Below are positions 51,631 through 61,267 of a stretch of 64,000 nucleotides of DNA, one piece after another (position 1 is the stretch's first letter; each line of letters starts with the position of its first letter). Source of the stretch: Sphingobacteriaceae bacterium (GTDB lineage Bacteria; Bacteroidota; Bacteroidia; UBA7662); contig PNNG01000030.1 in assembly GCA_013824115.1 (NCBI GenBank), positions 18,144 to 82,143 of the forward strand. Reading direction: 5' to 3'. A model generated the notes under the pieces. It saw only the letters and a list, made by a program, of their open reading frames with translations. It did not search any database and was not told where the DNA came from. The translations under genes and the position numbers were made by a program.

Positions 51631-53118
51631 CTATCTCTTAACGAAGGCAGCGTGTGCTTGTTGCCCGTCAATTGTCACAAAAATGCCATAAGGTCCGGGT
51701 GCCAATTGACTCAACTCCAGTTCTAATTCTTTGCGTGCTGGAAGTTTGGGTTCCCAATGCCAGGCCAAGCGCCCATGGTTGTCGATGATTTGAATGCACT
51801 CATATTGGCCAGTTTGATTGGATTTCAAGCGCAATTGCTCTTGGATATGCGTGCTTCCTAACTGCAATTGAAATGCACTGTGTTGGGGCAGGTAGGTGCG
51901 CAAGTGGTAGTGGTACTCCTGGCGGGTTACCGTATGGGTGGTGCCCAAGGTGTCGACATTTGAAGTTTCGAAAATATTGGGGCGGCCACTGGCATCGTAC
52001 TGATTGCGGTAGGCGAAGTGCCTCCTACTCAATCGGCCATGGCGCGTTTCTTCCCGGCTTTCGAAACGCGTGGGATGGAGCTGCTCATCATAATCGAAAC
52101 GGATAAGCATGCGAGGCGTGGCTTCTTTGCGCAGGGGCAGGGCTAAAATGCTATCAATCAGGTGACTGGCATGCCAACTGAGTAAAATGTGTTGGTCGGC
52201 AATCCAGGCGTTGTTCGCCCAAACAAAACGTTTCAAAGCGGTGATCTGACCGTTGCGTAATTCGCTAAGCATGCGGTGACTCTGGTCGCTTTTGCCATTG
52301 GACAAGGCGGTACGTACGGTGAAGTCGGTAGGGCGGTAGTGGTACGGACTTTCGGTGCCTTGTTCCTGAAACAACAGTGCCTCGGCGGTGGGTATGTTCA
52401 GCCAATGCGACCAGGTGCGGAAACCCAAGCGCCAATGCTGTACGTTAAATTCCTGCCAAGGTGCCCAACGGTTTTGAACAGTATCGAAGGCAGTATAGGT
52501 GAATTGCTTGGGCAATGCTGTTTTTATATGGTAGCTCATTTGACTGAGTTCCTGGCTGTGCTGCCAGCGGCCCCAATGCCAGCGCCAATGCGTTACAGTA
52601 CGGGGAAGGCTGTCGCGCAGATCGAAGGCCAGCGAATCGGCTTGAAACAATTCAAAATCGAGTCTTTTGTTCCTTTTGTAATGCCTCCGGCTGCTGATTT
52701 CGCCGCGCTGAAAGTACTGGTATTCGTGGCGTTCCATCTCTATTTCATCCTGCTTGCTTTCCACGAAAAAGCTCATTCGTGTAATTTGATTGGCTTCGTT
52801 GTAGCGTATTTCAGTACGGCGGTAGGGAATCCAACTGCCCATTTCCTGCAAGTATGAAATTTGAATGAGCCTCCCACGGCTGTCGTATTGAAAACGGGCG
52901 GCCTGGTGGGCTTCCCATTTTTTCTCGCTCTCATTGTACTCGTAAAAGCTCACCGAATCGGGTTGAAACAAGCTGGGCGAGCGAAGGGCAGGGTGCAGCT
53001 TGTAGAAGGTTTCAGGGTGAACCAAATCGTGGCCCGCAGGCAGCTCTCCACCCAACCATTGGGCGGAGAGCGTATGTGCGAGAAATAAGGTTGCAAACAA
53101 TGGGAACAGGCTTTTCAT
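51631..53118 (-). CDS. Secreted Trp/Tyr-rich repeat protein (YD-like motifs), probable T9SS CTD
   Basis: Signal peptide MKSLFPLFATLFLAHTLSAQ. Repeated Y(D/N)xxGR motifs (FQYDSRGRL, NQYDASGRP). The C-terminus ..LSQLAPGPYGIFVTIDGQQAHAAFVKR is CTD-like. Confidence 0.55.
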   Translation of the reverse strand: MKSLFPLFATLFLAHTLSAQWLGGELPAGHDLVHPETFYKLHPALRSPSLFQPDSVSFYEYNESEKKWEAHQAARFQYDSRGRLIQISYLQEMGSWIPYRRTEIRYNEANQITRMSFFVESKQDEIEMERHEYQYFQRGEISSRRHYKRNKRLDFELFQADSLAFDLRDSLPRTVTHWRWHWGRWQHSQELSQMSYHIKTALPKQFTYTAFDTVQNRWAPWQEFNVQHWRLGFRTWSHWLNIPTAEALLFQEQGTESPYHYRPTDFTVRTALSNGKSDQSHRMLSELRNGQITALKRFVWANNAWIADQHILLSWHASHLIDSILALPLRKEATPRMLIRFDYDEQLHPTRFESREETRHGRLSRRHFAYRNQYDASGRPNIFETSNVDTLGTTHTVTRQEYHYHLRTYLPQHSAFQLQLGSTHIQEQLRLKSNQTGQYECIQIIDNHGRLAWHWEPKLPARKELELELSQLAPGPYGIFVTIDGQQAHAAFVKR

Positions 53119-53139
53119 GGTTTAGTTGGAAGGTTGGTT

Positions 53140-54657
53140 TTATTGTTTTACGATGCGCAAGGCGCCGTGCTGACTGCCCGCAATGGCTTCAACGAGGTAT
53201 ATCCCTGCAGGCAGATTTTCGAGCGATAGCTGCGCATTTCCGTTGCCTGCATATTGCTTTTGACTCAGGAGCAACTGGCCTTGCAGGTTGCGTACGCGTA
53301 TTTCAGCCTCGTGGGTGCCTTCGGGCAGGATGATTTGTATGCTGCCTTGGGTAGGGTTGGGATAGGCCTGCAAGGGCAAGTTGCGGGCTTGTTCTCTGGC
53401 GCTGGCAGCAACAGGCTGGCGGTAGAAGAACTCGGTGAAGCTGAAGTTGACGAATGACTGGGTGCTCCAATCCAATTCGCGAACCAATTGGTTGGCTACT
53501 TGGCTAGCTGCATTGAGGCCATAGTTGTAAGTGGCAGAAGCGCTTATTTGCCAACGGTTGCCATCGTACATCAAACCTTCTTTGAACGACATCTTGCCAT
53601 TGGTATGGTAACCGTAGATGATTTGTTCGAAAGGCATGAAATTGCCGTTGTCGTGATCATACAAATGTTGGGTGATGGTTTGAATGCCATGTTGATTGTA
53701 GGCGTACTGGGTGAAGTCGCTGCTGGCCCAGGTATTGCCACCCCAATAGAAGTTACGGATGGTGGTGATGCGTCCCAGGCCATCGGCTTCTGAGTCACGG
53801 AGCTCGGTATCTTCCCATCTGCCGTTTTCAAAAATCTGTACCAGGTAATCGGTAGGCTCGTCGAAACGGAAATCAACGGGTTCGTACAAAGAGAAGTCTA
53901 CATCGAAGCGCATGGTGCCAAACAAACGGTCGAAGCCATTCCAGCCGAAGCCCCATTGCAGTTGGTTGAATTTGCGGTGGTCGGTCCACTGCTGATTTAC
54001 ATCATCCCAATAAGCCGACTCAAAGGCATCGGGCCGACCGTTGCCGTTCCAGCTGATTTGCTCAATTTGCTGCAAAGGAATCCAGCCGGTGAAATTCACG
54101 AAATCTAATACCAACACAGTAGCACTGGCCACCCGGTTGCGCTGGTCGTAGGTATAGGCAATGGAGTCGCCAAATACAGCCACCATGTTTCCAGTAGAAT
54201 CGGGCATGCGGATAAGGCCCGAAGTTTTGTTGCCCCGGGTGTCGTAATTAAAATCGAGACGGAATTGCTCGCGACGCAAACCGGCAAAAGTGGCGGCGAA
54301 TACATAAGAACGCAAGGCACCCGCAGGGGTGTAGTGGTAGTCGATGACGGCGTACTGGCGGCTGGCCGGACCAGCTTGGTCGTACATCAACATATGCTGC
54401 ATGCGGCCACGGGCATCGTAACGCAAACCAGCTACTTCTTCTATTTGCCAGGCGTTGTTGTCCCAGCTCGAAAAATGCATGGAGTCGGGCAGGGTTTCAT
54501 TGCTGCTGCTGCGCATGGCTGCCGCAGGGGCTGCAAATGCTTTTTTGACTTGCTGGCGGGCGGGGTGTTGTGGGCTTTTGCGGAAGGGAGCTTCTGTGGC
54601 GCTTACCAGCTGCAGGCTCAAGGCCAAGAGCGAGAAGGTGAAAAGGGTTTTTATCAT
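53140..54657 (-). CDS. Secreted repeat protein (YD-like motifs) with T9SS C-terminal sorting domain
   Basis: Start trimmed to MIKTLFTFSLLALSLQLVSA. Repeat motifs are LRYDARGRM, FNYDTRGNK and YTYDQRNRV. The C-terminus LQAYPNPTQGSIQIIL..LENLPAGIYLVEA.. is a typical type A CTD. Confidence 0.65.
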   Translation of the reverse strand: MIKTLFTFSLLALSLQLVSATEAPFRKSPQHPARQQVKKAFAAPAAAMRSSSNETLPDSMHFSSWDNNAWQIEEVAGLRYDARGRMQHMLMYDQAGPASRQYAVIDYHYTPAGALRSYVFAATFAGLRREQFRLDFNYDTRGNKTSGLIRMPDSTGNMVAVFGDSIAYTYDQRNRVASATVLVLDFVNFTGWIPLQQIEQISWNGNGRPDAFESAYWDDVNQQWTDHRKFNQLQWGFGWNGFDRLFGTMRFDVDFSLYEPVDFRFDEPTDYLVQIFENGRWEDTELRDSEADGLGRITTIRNFYWGGNTWASSDFTQYAYNQHGIQTITQHLYDHDNGNFMPFEQIIYGYHTNGKMSFKEGLMYDGNRWQISASATYNYGLNAASQVANQLVRELDWSTQSFVNFSFTEFFYRQPVAASAREQARNLPLQAYPNPTQGSIQIILPEGTHEAEIRVRNLQGQLLLSQKQYAGNGNAQLSLENLPAGIYLVEAIAGSQHGALRIVKQ

Positions 54658-54774
54658 GGGTTGGGTTGTTTTGATTGTTTTCCCCTGCCTTACCCATTTT
54701 GTGCCAAACTTCAGCAACCACGGCGCATTGGCATGGCATGTCGTGCGGCTGTCGTGTTAGGTTTGTTTTTCATG

Positions 54775-54806
54775 AAAAAAGCCCTGAATCTCAGAAGAAA
54801 CAGGGC
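54775..54806 (-). terminator. Rho-independent terminator for glyA
   Basis: On the minus strand, aagccctg..cagggctt followed by T6. Confidence 0.75.
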
Positions 54807-54831
54807 TTGTTAAGTGTGCTGCTTTTTGTAC

Positions 54832-56103
54832 TCAGCCTTGATACAAAGGATAATGCTGCATCAGCGCATTTACCTCTGCTTTCACAGCAGCCAGGTTAGC
54901 GGCATCGTCGGGATTCATCAACACCCGATCAATCAAGCCCACAATGGTTTCCATATCGGCTTCTTTCAAACCGCGGGTGGTAATGGCAGCTGTTCCTACG
55001 CGGAAACCGCTGGTAACGAAAGGTGATTTATCATCGAAAGGCACCATGTTTTTATTCACGGTGATATCTGCTTTTACGAGCGCATTTTCAGCTTGTTTGC
55101 CGGTAACGCCTTTGTTGCGCAGGTCGATGAGCATGAGGTGGTTGCTCGTTCCTTCCGAAATGAGGTGGTAACCGCGACCCACAAAGGCTTTGGCCATGGC
55201 TTGGGCATTGGCAATCACCTGTCCGCAATAGGCCTTGTACGCGGGCGACAAAGCTTCACCAAACGCAATGGCCTTGGCAGCAATGATGTGCTCCAACGGA
55301 CCGCCCTGGGTGCCAGGGAAAACCGCCATATCGAGCAAATTCGACATCATTTTGATTTCGCCTTTGGGCGTGGTATGGCCCCACGGATTCGGGAAGTCTT
55401 TGCCCATCATGATCAAACCGCCACGTGGACCGCGCAGGGTCTTGTGGGTGGTGGTGGTAATGATGTGGCAGTGGGGAACGGGATTGTTGAGGTAACCAGT
55501 GGCAATGAGTCCCGATGGATGTGAAATATCGGCCAGCAACAAAGCACCCACTTCATCGGCAGCAGCACGGAGGGCGGCATAATCCCAATCGCGGCTGTAG
55601 GCCGAGGCACCACAGATAATGAGTTTGGGTTTTACTTCACGGGCTTTGGCCACTACTTTGTTGAAATCGATAAGGCCGGTTTCTTTTTCTACACCGTAAA
55701 AGTGAGGTTCATAGAGTTTACCGCTGAAGTTTACGGGTGAGCCGTGGGTGAGGTGACCACCATGGCTGAGGTCGAAACCGAGAATGCGATCGCCAGGGTT
55801 GAGCACCGCCAGCATCACCGCAGCATTGGCTTGGGCACCTGAGTGGGGCTGTACGTTGGCCCATTCAACGCCAAAAAGCTGTTTTACCCTGTCGATGGCC
55901 AATTGTTCTACCTGGTCAACCACTTCGCAACCGCCATAATAGCGTTTGCCAGGCAGTCCTTCGGCGTATTTATTGGTGAGTACTGAGCCGGCGGCTTCCA
56001 TCACCTGCGGGCTTACAAAATTTTCGGAAGCTATGAGTTCAATCCCGTGCTGTTGACGGGCTTTTTCCTGTTCTATCAGGTCAAATACAACTTGGTCGCG
56101 CAT
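54832..56103 (-). CDS. glyA: Serine hydroxymethyltransferase
   Basis: Start trimmed to [10 protein letters not shown]. Motifs are [22 protein letters not shown], and [14 protein letters not shown] (PLP Lys). Confidence 0.97.
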   Translation of the reverse strand: MRDQVVFDLIEQEKARQQHGIELIASENFVSPQVMEAAGSVLTNKYAEGLPGKRYYGGCEVVDQVEQLAIDRVKQLFGVEWANVQPHSGAQANAAVMLAVLNPGDRILGFDLSHGGHLTHGSPVNFSGKLYEPHFYGVEKETGLIDFNKVVAKAREVKPKLIICGASAYSRDWDYAALRAAADEVGALLLADISHPSGLIATGYLNNPVPHCHIITTTTHKTLRGPRGGLIMMGKDFPNPWGHTTPKGEIKMMSNLLDMAVFPGTQGGPLEHIIAAKAIAFGEALSPAYKAYCGQVIANAQAMAKAFVGRGYHLISEGTSNHLMLIDLRNKGVTGKQAENALVKADITVNKNMVPFDDKSPFVTSGFRVGTAAITTRGLKEADMETIVGLIDRVLMNPDDAANLAAVKAEVNALMQHYPLYQG

Positions 56104-56124
56104 GGCACGAAGATAAGAAAGTTC

Positions 56125-56312
56125 GAGGTTCAAAGTTCAAAGTTCAAAGTGGAGCGCAGCGACATCCCGAGAGCCAAGGGCGATTCGGGATTCAAGAGGG
56201 GTTTCGCTGCGCTCAACCGGGCAATTCAAAATTCAAGATTCAAGATTCAAAAGGGGTTTCGCTGCGCTCAACCGGGCAATTCAAGATTCAAGAGGGGTTT
56301 CGCTGCGCTCAT
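56125..56312. repeat. Composite intergenic repeat: heptamer runs plus three copies of GGGGTTTCGCTGCGCTCA and one inverted copy
   Basis: GTTCAAA x3 at 56125-56145, the inverted core GAGCGCAGCGA at 56152-56162, and direct copies starting at 56198, 56253 and 56294, separated by ATTCAAG heptamer runs (spacing 55 and 41 bp). Confidence 0.85.
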
Positions 56313-56537
56313 CCCGCAAAGCGAAATTGAAAAAAAGCTTGTGGACCGAGAGCTTCTTTTCCCAAAAAATTACTGCGTAACAAAATGTATCGTTACTTAC
56401 CTCTGGAGAGGGTTATTGAGCTTGTCGAAATAGGGATGAGAGGGTGAGGCCAGTTCATGTGGAGGGATTCGAAATCCAGCGAATCGAGCATTCAGCATGC
56501 TGCAGACAGCCAACAGACGACCGCCAGTGGCCGATGG

Positions 56538-58094
56538 CTATTTTACCACCACCCGGCTCCAGCCCCGCTTTTCGCCTTGCTGCACCTCCAGCAAATACAT
56601 GCCTGCCGACAAAGCAGGAAGCTGGATGCGGTTGTCATCGGCCGCCAAAGAACCACTGGCCAAACGGCGGCCCTGCAAGTCGTGGAGTTGCCAGCGCATC
56701 GTTTCGCTCGTTGGTTGGCCCAACTGGATAAATAGGTCTCGGCCTTGCATAGGATTTGGATAAACGCTGAATGAAAGGTTTTTAACTTCCGGCAAACCCA
56801 CATAGTTTATCCTGCGATGCAGAAGTATCCAGCGTGGTGTAAATGCACTTGCACCTGGTATAGCAAAGGTAGTATCGCAATTGCCCCATTCGCATTTTAG
56901 GCGTACTGCTCCTGTGGCTTTCACCGTGAGGTAATAGTTCGATCCGAAGCCACCTACCGCGCCAACCCTTCCAGGCTCACTCGAATTGGCGAGAAAAAGC
57001 GTATCGGGCCAAGCAGAACCACGTAGCCATCGAATCACATGGCTTTGGTGCGGTGCGTTGGGAGCTTGATAAAGCAAAACAGGTCCGGCGCCTATATGTT
57101 GTGCATCTGCGGCGAATTGTCCGTGCATTTGCTGCACTTCAAGGGTGTCGTTCTGCCAAAAGCCGCCAATGGTATATAAAATGTATTGCTGACCGTTTGC
57201 AATGCTTGGTGTTGACCAAAAATACCTTAGCCAGGAGGTGGATGTACGCAAGGGAACCGCGTTGTCTACCACAAGGCTGGGCTCAAAATCGAAGGTGATG
57301 TAGGGGGTGGTGGCAATGAACTGCACCGAATCGTTGGCTGGCCAATAACGCGCCAAAAAAGTGCGGTAGCCGGTATTGGGCAATGGATTTAGCGGCGTTG
57401 GGATGTTGTTGAGGTGCCCAAAATCATCGATGGTGCCGGTAAAAAGCACCGCACCCGGAAAGTCGGGGTCGAAACAGGCATCGCTCACGGTGCGGGCACC
57501 CGTCCATGCTTTTTCCCACAGCAATTGGCCGTTTGAGGCGTTAAAAGCAGCGAGCCAACCCGATACATCGTCGTACAAGCCGCTGGCGAGTATGGTGCCT
57601 TGTCCGGCCTCGTAGTTGATTTTGTGGATGTAATTGTTCTGTGCCTGGCGGCGGTGCCACACCCATTCGGGCTGACCGGTTTGTGCATTCACCCGCATCA
57701 AAAACGGATCGAGTGCCAAGGGTTCAAAGCCAATGAGGGTATCGTTGGGCAGGTAGCAGGTATCGTGAAAACCACCGGCAATTAAAAAGCGCGAAACAGC
57801 CAAATTGGGCATGCCTACGATGTGATTGGCTACAAATTTTCCGGGAAATTGCACGCTGGCCAGGGGGGCTTGCCAATCACCTGTGAGCTGGTTCACCGGA
57901 TGGATGCGCAAGCGCAAATCGCCGGTACGCGGGAAAAAGGTGCTGCCCTCGGGCTGACTGGCTACGGCCACCAGGTTTTCTACCGAGCCCATGGCCGTAG
58001 GGGTATAGCCCGCTGAATCGAGCAATTGCATCCGCCAGGGCGATTGTGCGGTGGCAGTTAGGGTTACAAAAAGGAGGAGCAGGGTTGAACGCAT
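56538..58094 (-). CDS. Secreted protein with T9SS C-terminal sorting domain
   Basis: Start trimmed to MRSTLLLLFVTLTATAQ. The C-terminus is FSVYPNPMQGRDLFIQL..LPALSAGMYLLEVQQ... Confidence 0.65.
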   Translation of the reverse strand: MRSTLLLLFVTLTATAQSPWRMQLLDSAGYTPTAMGSVENLVAVASQPEGSTFFPRTGDLRLRIHPVNQLTGDWQAPLASVQFPGKFVANHIVGMPNLAVSRFLIAGGFHDTCYLPNDTLIGFEPLALDPFLMRVNAQTGQPEWVWHRRQAQNNYIHKINYEAGQGTILASGLYDDVSGWLAAFNASNGQLLWEKAWTGARTVSDACFDPDFPGAVLFTGTIDDFGHLNNIPTPLNPLPNTGYRTFLARYWPANDSVQFIATTPYITFDFEPSLVVDNAVPLRTSTSWLRYFWSTPSIANGQQYILYTIGGFWQNDTLEVQQMHGQFAADAQHIGAGPVLLYQAPNAPHQSHVIRWLRGSAWPDTLFLANSSEPGRVGAVGGFGSNYYLTVKATGAVRLKCEWGNCDTTFAIPGASAFTPRWILLHRRINYVGLPEVKNLSFSVYPNPMQGRDLFIQLGQPTSETMRWQLHDLQGRRLASGSLAADDNRIQLPALSAGMYLLEVQQGEKRGWSRVVVK

Positions 58095-58281
58095 GCTGCA
58101 AGTTAAATAAAACAGCGCGTAAAACATGAGCCAAGAGCGACAAATTGCTGGAAATGGTAGTTTGAGGTTGGCCGTGAGCAGTCAGCGGTCAGCCGCCAGC
58201 CAAACGCTAAAGACTGCATGCCCGGCTTGGTTCCCGCCTGGCATCATCGAAGGTTCAGCAGGGAACTGAGTTCAATTCAGA

Positions 58282-59049
58282 CTAATAAGGGTCGCAAAGG
58301 GATTTTAACGCTTCGAAATCCACCAAATTTAAATGCGCCTTTCGATTTGCGTCCAGAATGCCAAATTCGAAAAACGGATTGAGTGGAGGCATGCTTGTGC
58401 CGATGGGTTGGCTTTTTGAAAGGATGCCAACGCCCCAATCTGAGTCTACACAGCATGAATGAACAGCAGGATTAAAACGCCATTTCAAAAAGGCTTTCCA
58501 AGTAGTGCCATTCCACCAACTTCCGGCAGGAGTGAACTTGTACTCAAATGTTTCACGGGCATGCCACTCTGAAGGTGGATTGCAGTCGTGCAACACCACA
58601 AAACCTTGTTCATGAATAAAATCCAGGGCGTTCAAAATATCTCTGTCCACTTGCTCGGCCAAGTGAAGCCCATCGATGAAGATGACGTCAAATCGAATAC
58701 CATCGTCAAGCAAACTGCCATTACGCAACTTCTCAAAAAAATCATCACTGGTCATCACAAAATCAACCGGATTCTCTTGGAACTCAATGCCCGGGTCAAC
58801 GCTGTATTTCGTATGAGCCTGAATGTGGTTGTAGTTGTGGTTGGGATTTCGTACGCCAATTTCTAAATAACTGGTTTTTCCCTCCTTTAATGACAATAGG
58901 TAATTGATGATTTCGGTGCGGGTAGTGCTTTTGGCAACTTCTTGCTGGATCAGCGCTTGGGTTGATTGGAAATGGGGGCTGTTCAGAATTTTTTTTCCCA
59001 ATTTATACTTGCGAAGGGGCTTGAATGCGAAGGTTGGCTTTTTAGGCAT
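58282..59049 (-). CDS. Class I SAM-dependent methyltransferase (Methyltransf_24-like)
   Basis: SYLEIGV (motif I-like), FDVIFIDGLH and VVLHDC. Confidence 0.6.
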   Translation of the reverse strand: MPKKPTFAFKPLRKYKLGKKILNSPHFQSTQALIQQEVAKSTTRTEIINYLLSLKEGKTSYLEIGVRNPNHNYNHIQAHTKYSVDPGIEFQENPVDFVMTSDDFFEKLRNGSLLDDGIRFDVIFIDGLHLAEQVDRDILNALDFIHEQGFVVLHDCNPPSEWHARETFEYKFTPAGSWWNGTTWKAFLKWRFNPAVHSCCVDSDWGVGILSKSQPIGTSMPPLNPFFEFGILDANRKAHLNLVDFEALKSLCDPY

Positions 59050-59139
59050 ACAGTATAAGGATGTCGGCTTTAGGGTGGTACAGATTTAAGCTGAAGGGCC
59101 GAATATAGGGGCTTTTATGATTTATGGGTGCATGAAATT

Positions 59140-59425
59140 GCAGCGGACTTCGCAGATGGGTGCAGAAGGCGTTCGGCTTTCAGCTATCATTAAAGGGCAC
59201 TTCGCTTGGTGCGTCCTACGGGCTGGGGTTTCCCGCAGACTTCGCAGATTTGCGCAGATGAGGCCCGAAATGGAACGCGGATCACGCAGATGTGGCGGAT
59301 TAGCGCGGAAGATGATTGGCATGAAGCATTCATCGAATAAACTGCTGTCGTTTCGCTTGGCGCGCCCTGCGGGCTGGGGTTTCCAGCAGACTTCGCAGAT
59401 GGGCGCAGAAGGAGGTCGGCTAATG
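59140..59425 (+). repeat. Two and a half direct copies of a dispersed GC-rich element (CGCTTGGYGCG..CGGGCTGGGGTTTCC..CAGACTTCGCAGAT..GCAGAAGG)
   Basis: Copies read at about 59196-59262 and 59350-59412, with a partial 3' half at 59146-59170. A related CGCAGAT word occurs at 59283-59292. Confidence 0.8.
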
Positions 59426-59456
59426 TCCAAAAGCCGAACGTCACTGACGAAAACCT

Positions 59457-59870
59457 TTAGTTCTTTTTCAGAAATTCAGTAATCGGGAGAATGGTGGTAG
59501 AACCTACTTGACGCAAATCAAGCAAATCGCTGTCGCCGGTGATTAAATAGTCAGCTTGGCCGTCAACGGCCAACGAAAGCAAGAAGTTGTCTTTGGAGTC
59601 TCTGCAAATATCGATTTTTGACTCCACGCGGATGAAATCGGCAAATTGGTCGATGGTTTCGAGAATGGCTTCCATATCAGTCGAGGAAAAAAACCTACGG
59701 AATTTTGGGCGTTCGGCTACCGAAATAAATTCTTCAAGCAATTCTTGGCTAAACACCAAGGTACATTGCTTCGTAAACAAGAGCTCGTCGAGCTTCGAAA
59801 AATCTTTGCTTATCAAAAAGCTGATCCAAAGGTTGGTGTCAAGAATAATCCTGACAGCCTTATTTTTCAT
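59457..59870 (-). CDS. PIN domain toxin (PIN_3 / VapC-like)
   Basis: RIILDTNLWISFL (first acidic residue) ..DSKDNFLLSLAVDGQADYLITGDSDLL (distal acidic residues). Overlaps the upstream small ORF by 11 nt. Confidence 0.75.
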   Translation of the reverse strand: MKNKAVRIILDTNLWISFLISKDFSKLDELLFTKQCTLVFSQELLEEFISVAERPKFRRFFSSTDMEAILETIDQFADFIRVESKIDICRDSKDNFLLSLAVDGQADYLITGDSDLLDLRQVGSTTILPITEFLKKN

Positions 59871-60072
59871 GACGTTTGCTTCTCACCAACTCCACTTCCT
59901 GGGTGATTTCTTTCAAGGAGGGAGCAGCTTTGGACTTTGACCTCAACTTTTTTAAAACACTTTCGAAACCGTTTTGCTCAACTTCTTGAATGGCAATGAG
60001 ATTCAAGTCGGCTAAGCTCTTCAACAGCTTGGCAGCTTTGGGATTCAAAATATTGACTCTGACAGTGCTCAT
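59860..60072 (-). CDS. Putative antitoxin partner of the PIN toxin
   Basis: 70 aa ORF, MSTVRVNILNPKAAKLLKSLADLNLIAI.., overlapping the toxin start. The call is based on position and size only. Confidence 0.55.
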   Translation of the reverse strand: MSTVRVNILNPKAAKLLKSLADLNLIAIQEVEQNGFESVLKKLRSKSKAAPSLKEITQEVELVRSKRHEK

Positions 60073-60162
60073 ACATCAAAAGTAACGAAAAGACTTCGGA
60101 ATGCGCTTATTGAATAGGCTTAAGTATTGCGGCATTTAGCGATTGGCTTTCAGTCGCGTGCC

Positions 60163-60275
60163 TAGGGGCGCTTCGCTTGGTGCGCTCTTCGGGCTGGGGT
60201 TTCCCTCAGACTTCGCGTATTTTCGCAGTAGGTGGTAGGCGTTCGGCCCAATGTCGAAGGCCGAACGCCGTTAGC
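60163..60275 (+). repeat. Third copy of the dispersed GC-rich element, followed by an 11-bp-stem hairpin
   Basis: cttcgcttggtgcgctcttcgggctggggtttccctcagacttcgcgtattttcgcag, then ggcgttcggcc..ggccgaacgcc. Confidence 0.8.
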
Positions 60276-60308
60276 CAAAAGTACTTTTAGCTGATCACCT
60301 GCTTGCCA

Positions 60309-61190
60309 TTAATGTAAAGCAGTTGCATAAAGCTGGTTTAAATAGGTTTGGATGCTTGTAGGTTGACGCCCCAACAGCTTTTCTAGGTCGGTGCCAACCG
60401 TTTCCAATTCACCCAAGGCTTGTGCCGTGGCAAATCCCGAAAACAAACCGATGTATTCGGCGGGCATGCCATGGGCTTGCATGGTTTGGGCAAATTCTTC
60501 CGCCGAGGGCGATACATAGCTGATGGTTTTTCCGCTGATGTTAGAAAGGTGCTGTGCCACTTCTGCATACGAAAATGCCTGGCTGTGGGTGAAGTGGTAG
60601 GTTTTGCCGGCATGATTTGAACCGCTGAGGATGTTGGCCGTAGCTTCGGCCATTTCGGAGCGCAAAACTGCGCCCACTTTGCCATCGCCGGCAGGCAAGT
60701 AGATCATGCCTGTTTCTAGCACTTTTTCTCCTACAAATACTGGGATAAAATCCATGTAAAGCGTGTTTTTTAGGATGGTGTAGGCCATGCCGCTTTCTTT
60801 GAGCCAGGCTTCTGTTTGCAAATGCGATTGGGCCACCATCCAGAGCGGAGAAGAGGCGGTTTCGTTTGTTCCCAAAAAGCTGGTGTAAACCACATGCTGC
60901 ACGCCACCAGCTTTTGCTGCCTCAATGACGTTTTTGTGCTGACTGCTGCGCTTGAAAATATCGCTTCCCGATACAAACAGCACCTTTTCTACGCCTTCCA
61001 TCGCGCCCAGCAGGGAGGGGTAATCGTCGTAATCGCCTGGGCGCACCGCCACACCCAAGGCTGTTAAATCGGTGGCCTTGGCTGCATCTCTTGCCAAAGC
61101 CACGATCTGCTCGGCCGCTACCCCATTTTTCAAAAGAAAGTGAATGCTCGCCTTTCCGAAGGCTCCTGTTGCTCCTGTTACTAAAATCAT
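60309..61190 (-). CDS. NmrA/SDR-family NAD(P)H-binding oxidoreductase
   Basis: MILVTGATGAFG Rossmann motif. 293 aa, atypical SDR without the YxxxK spacing typical of classical SDRs. Confidence 0.75.
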   Translation of the reverse strand: MILVTGATGAFGKASIHFLLKNGVAAEQIVALARDAAKATDLTALGVAVRPGDYDDYPSLLGAMEGVEKVLFVSGSDIFKRSSQHKNVIEAAKAGGVQHVVYTSFLGTNETASSPLWMVAQSHLQTEAWLKESGMAYTILKNTLYMDFIPVFVGEKVLETGMIYLPAGDGKVGAVLRSEMAEATANILSGSNHAGKTYHFTHSQAFSYAEVAQHLSNISGKTISYVSPSAEEFAQTMQAHGMPAEYIGLFSGFATAQALGELETVGTDLEKLLGRQPTSIQTYLNQLYATALH

Positions 61191-61255
61191 TTTTGTGTAT
61201 TTTAAATTTAATTTTTACTTTAGTGACACAAAGTAACTAATAATGGTTTTTATTT

Positions 61256-61267
61256 GTAACATGTTAC
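61256..61267. promoter_or_regulatory. Perfect 12-bp palindrome GTAACATGTTAC in the NmrA/HxlR divergent region (candidate HxlR operator)
   Basis: Read directly. Additional GTAAC half-sites lie at 61233, 61274, 61291 and 61302. Confidence 0.4.

Noticed and set aside
56047-56433. 128-aa ORF (+) upstream of glyA
   Set aside because: It overlaps the glyA 5' end in antisense, and the rest translates the heptamer and GC-rich repeat block (FKRGFAAL three times).
56464-56477. A tRNA T-arm-like GGGATTCGAAATCC
   Set aside because: No acceptor, D or anticodon stems can be drawn around it. It lies at the 3' flank of the T9SS-protein gene. No tRNA was recognised anywhere in the window.
59117-59482. 121-aa ORF (+), and the 102-aa and 84-aa ORFs (-), as genes
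   Set aside because: They are composed of the dispersed GC-rich repeat copies (QMGAEGxRL appears twice). Arg-rich low-complexity translations occur on both strands, which is typical of non-coding repeats.
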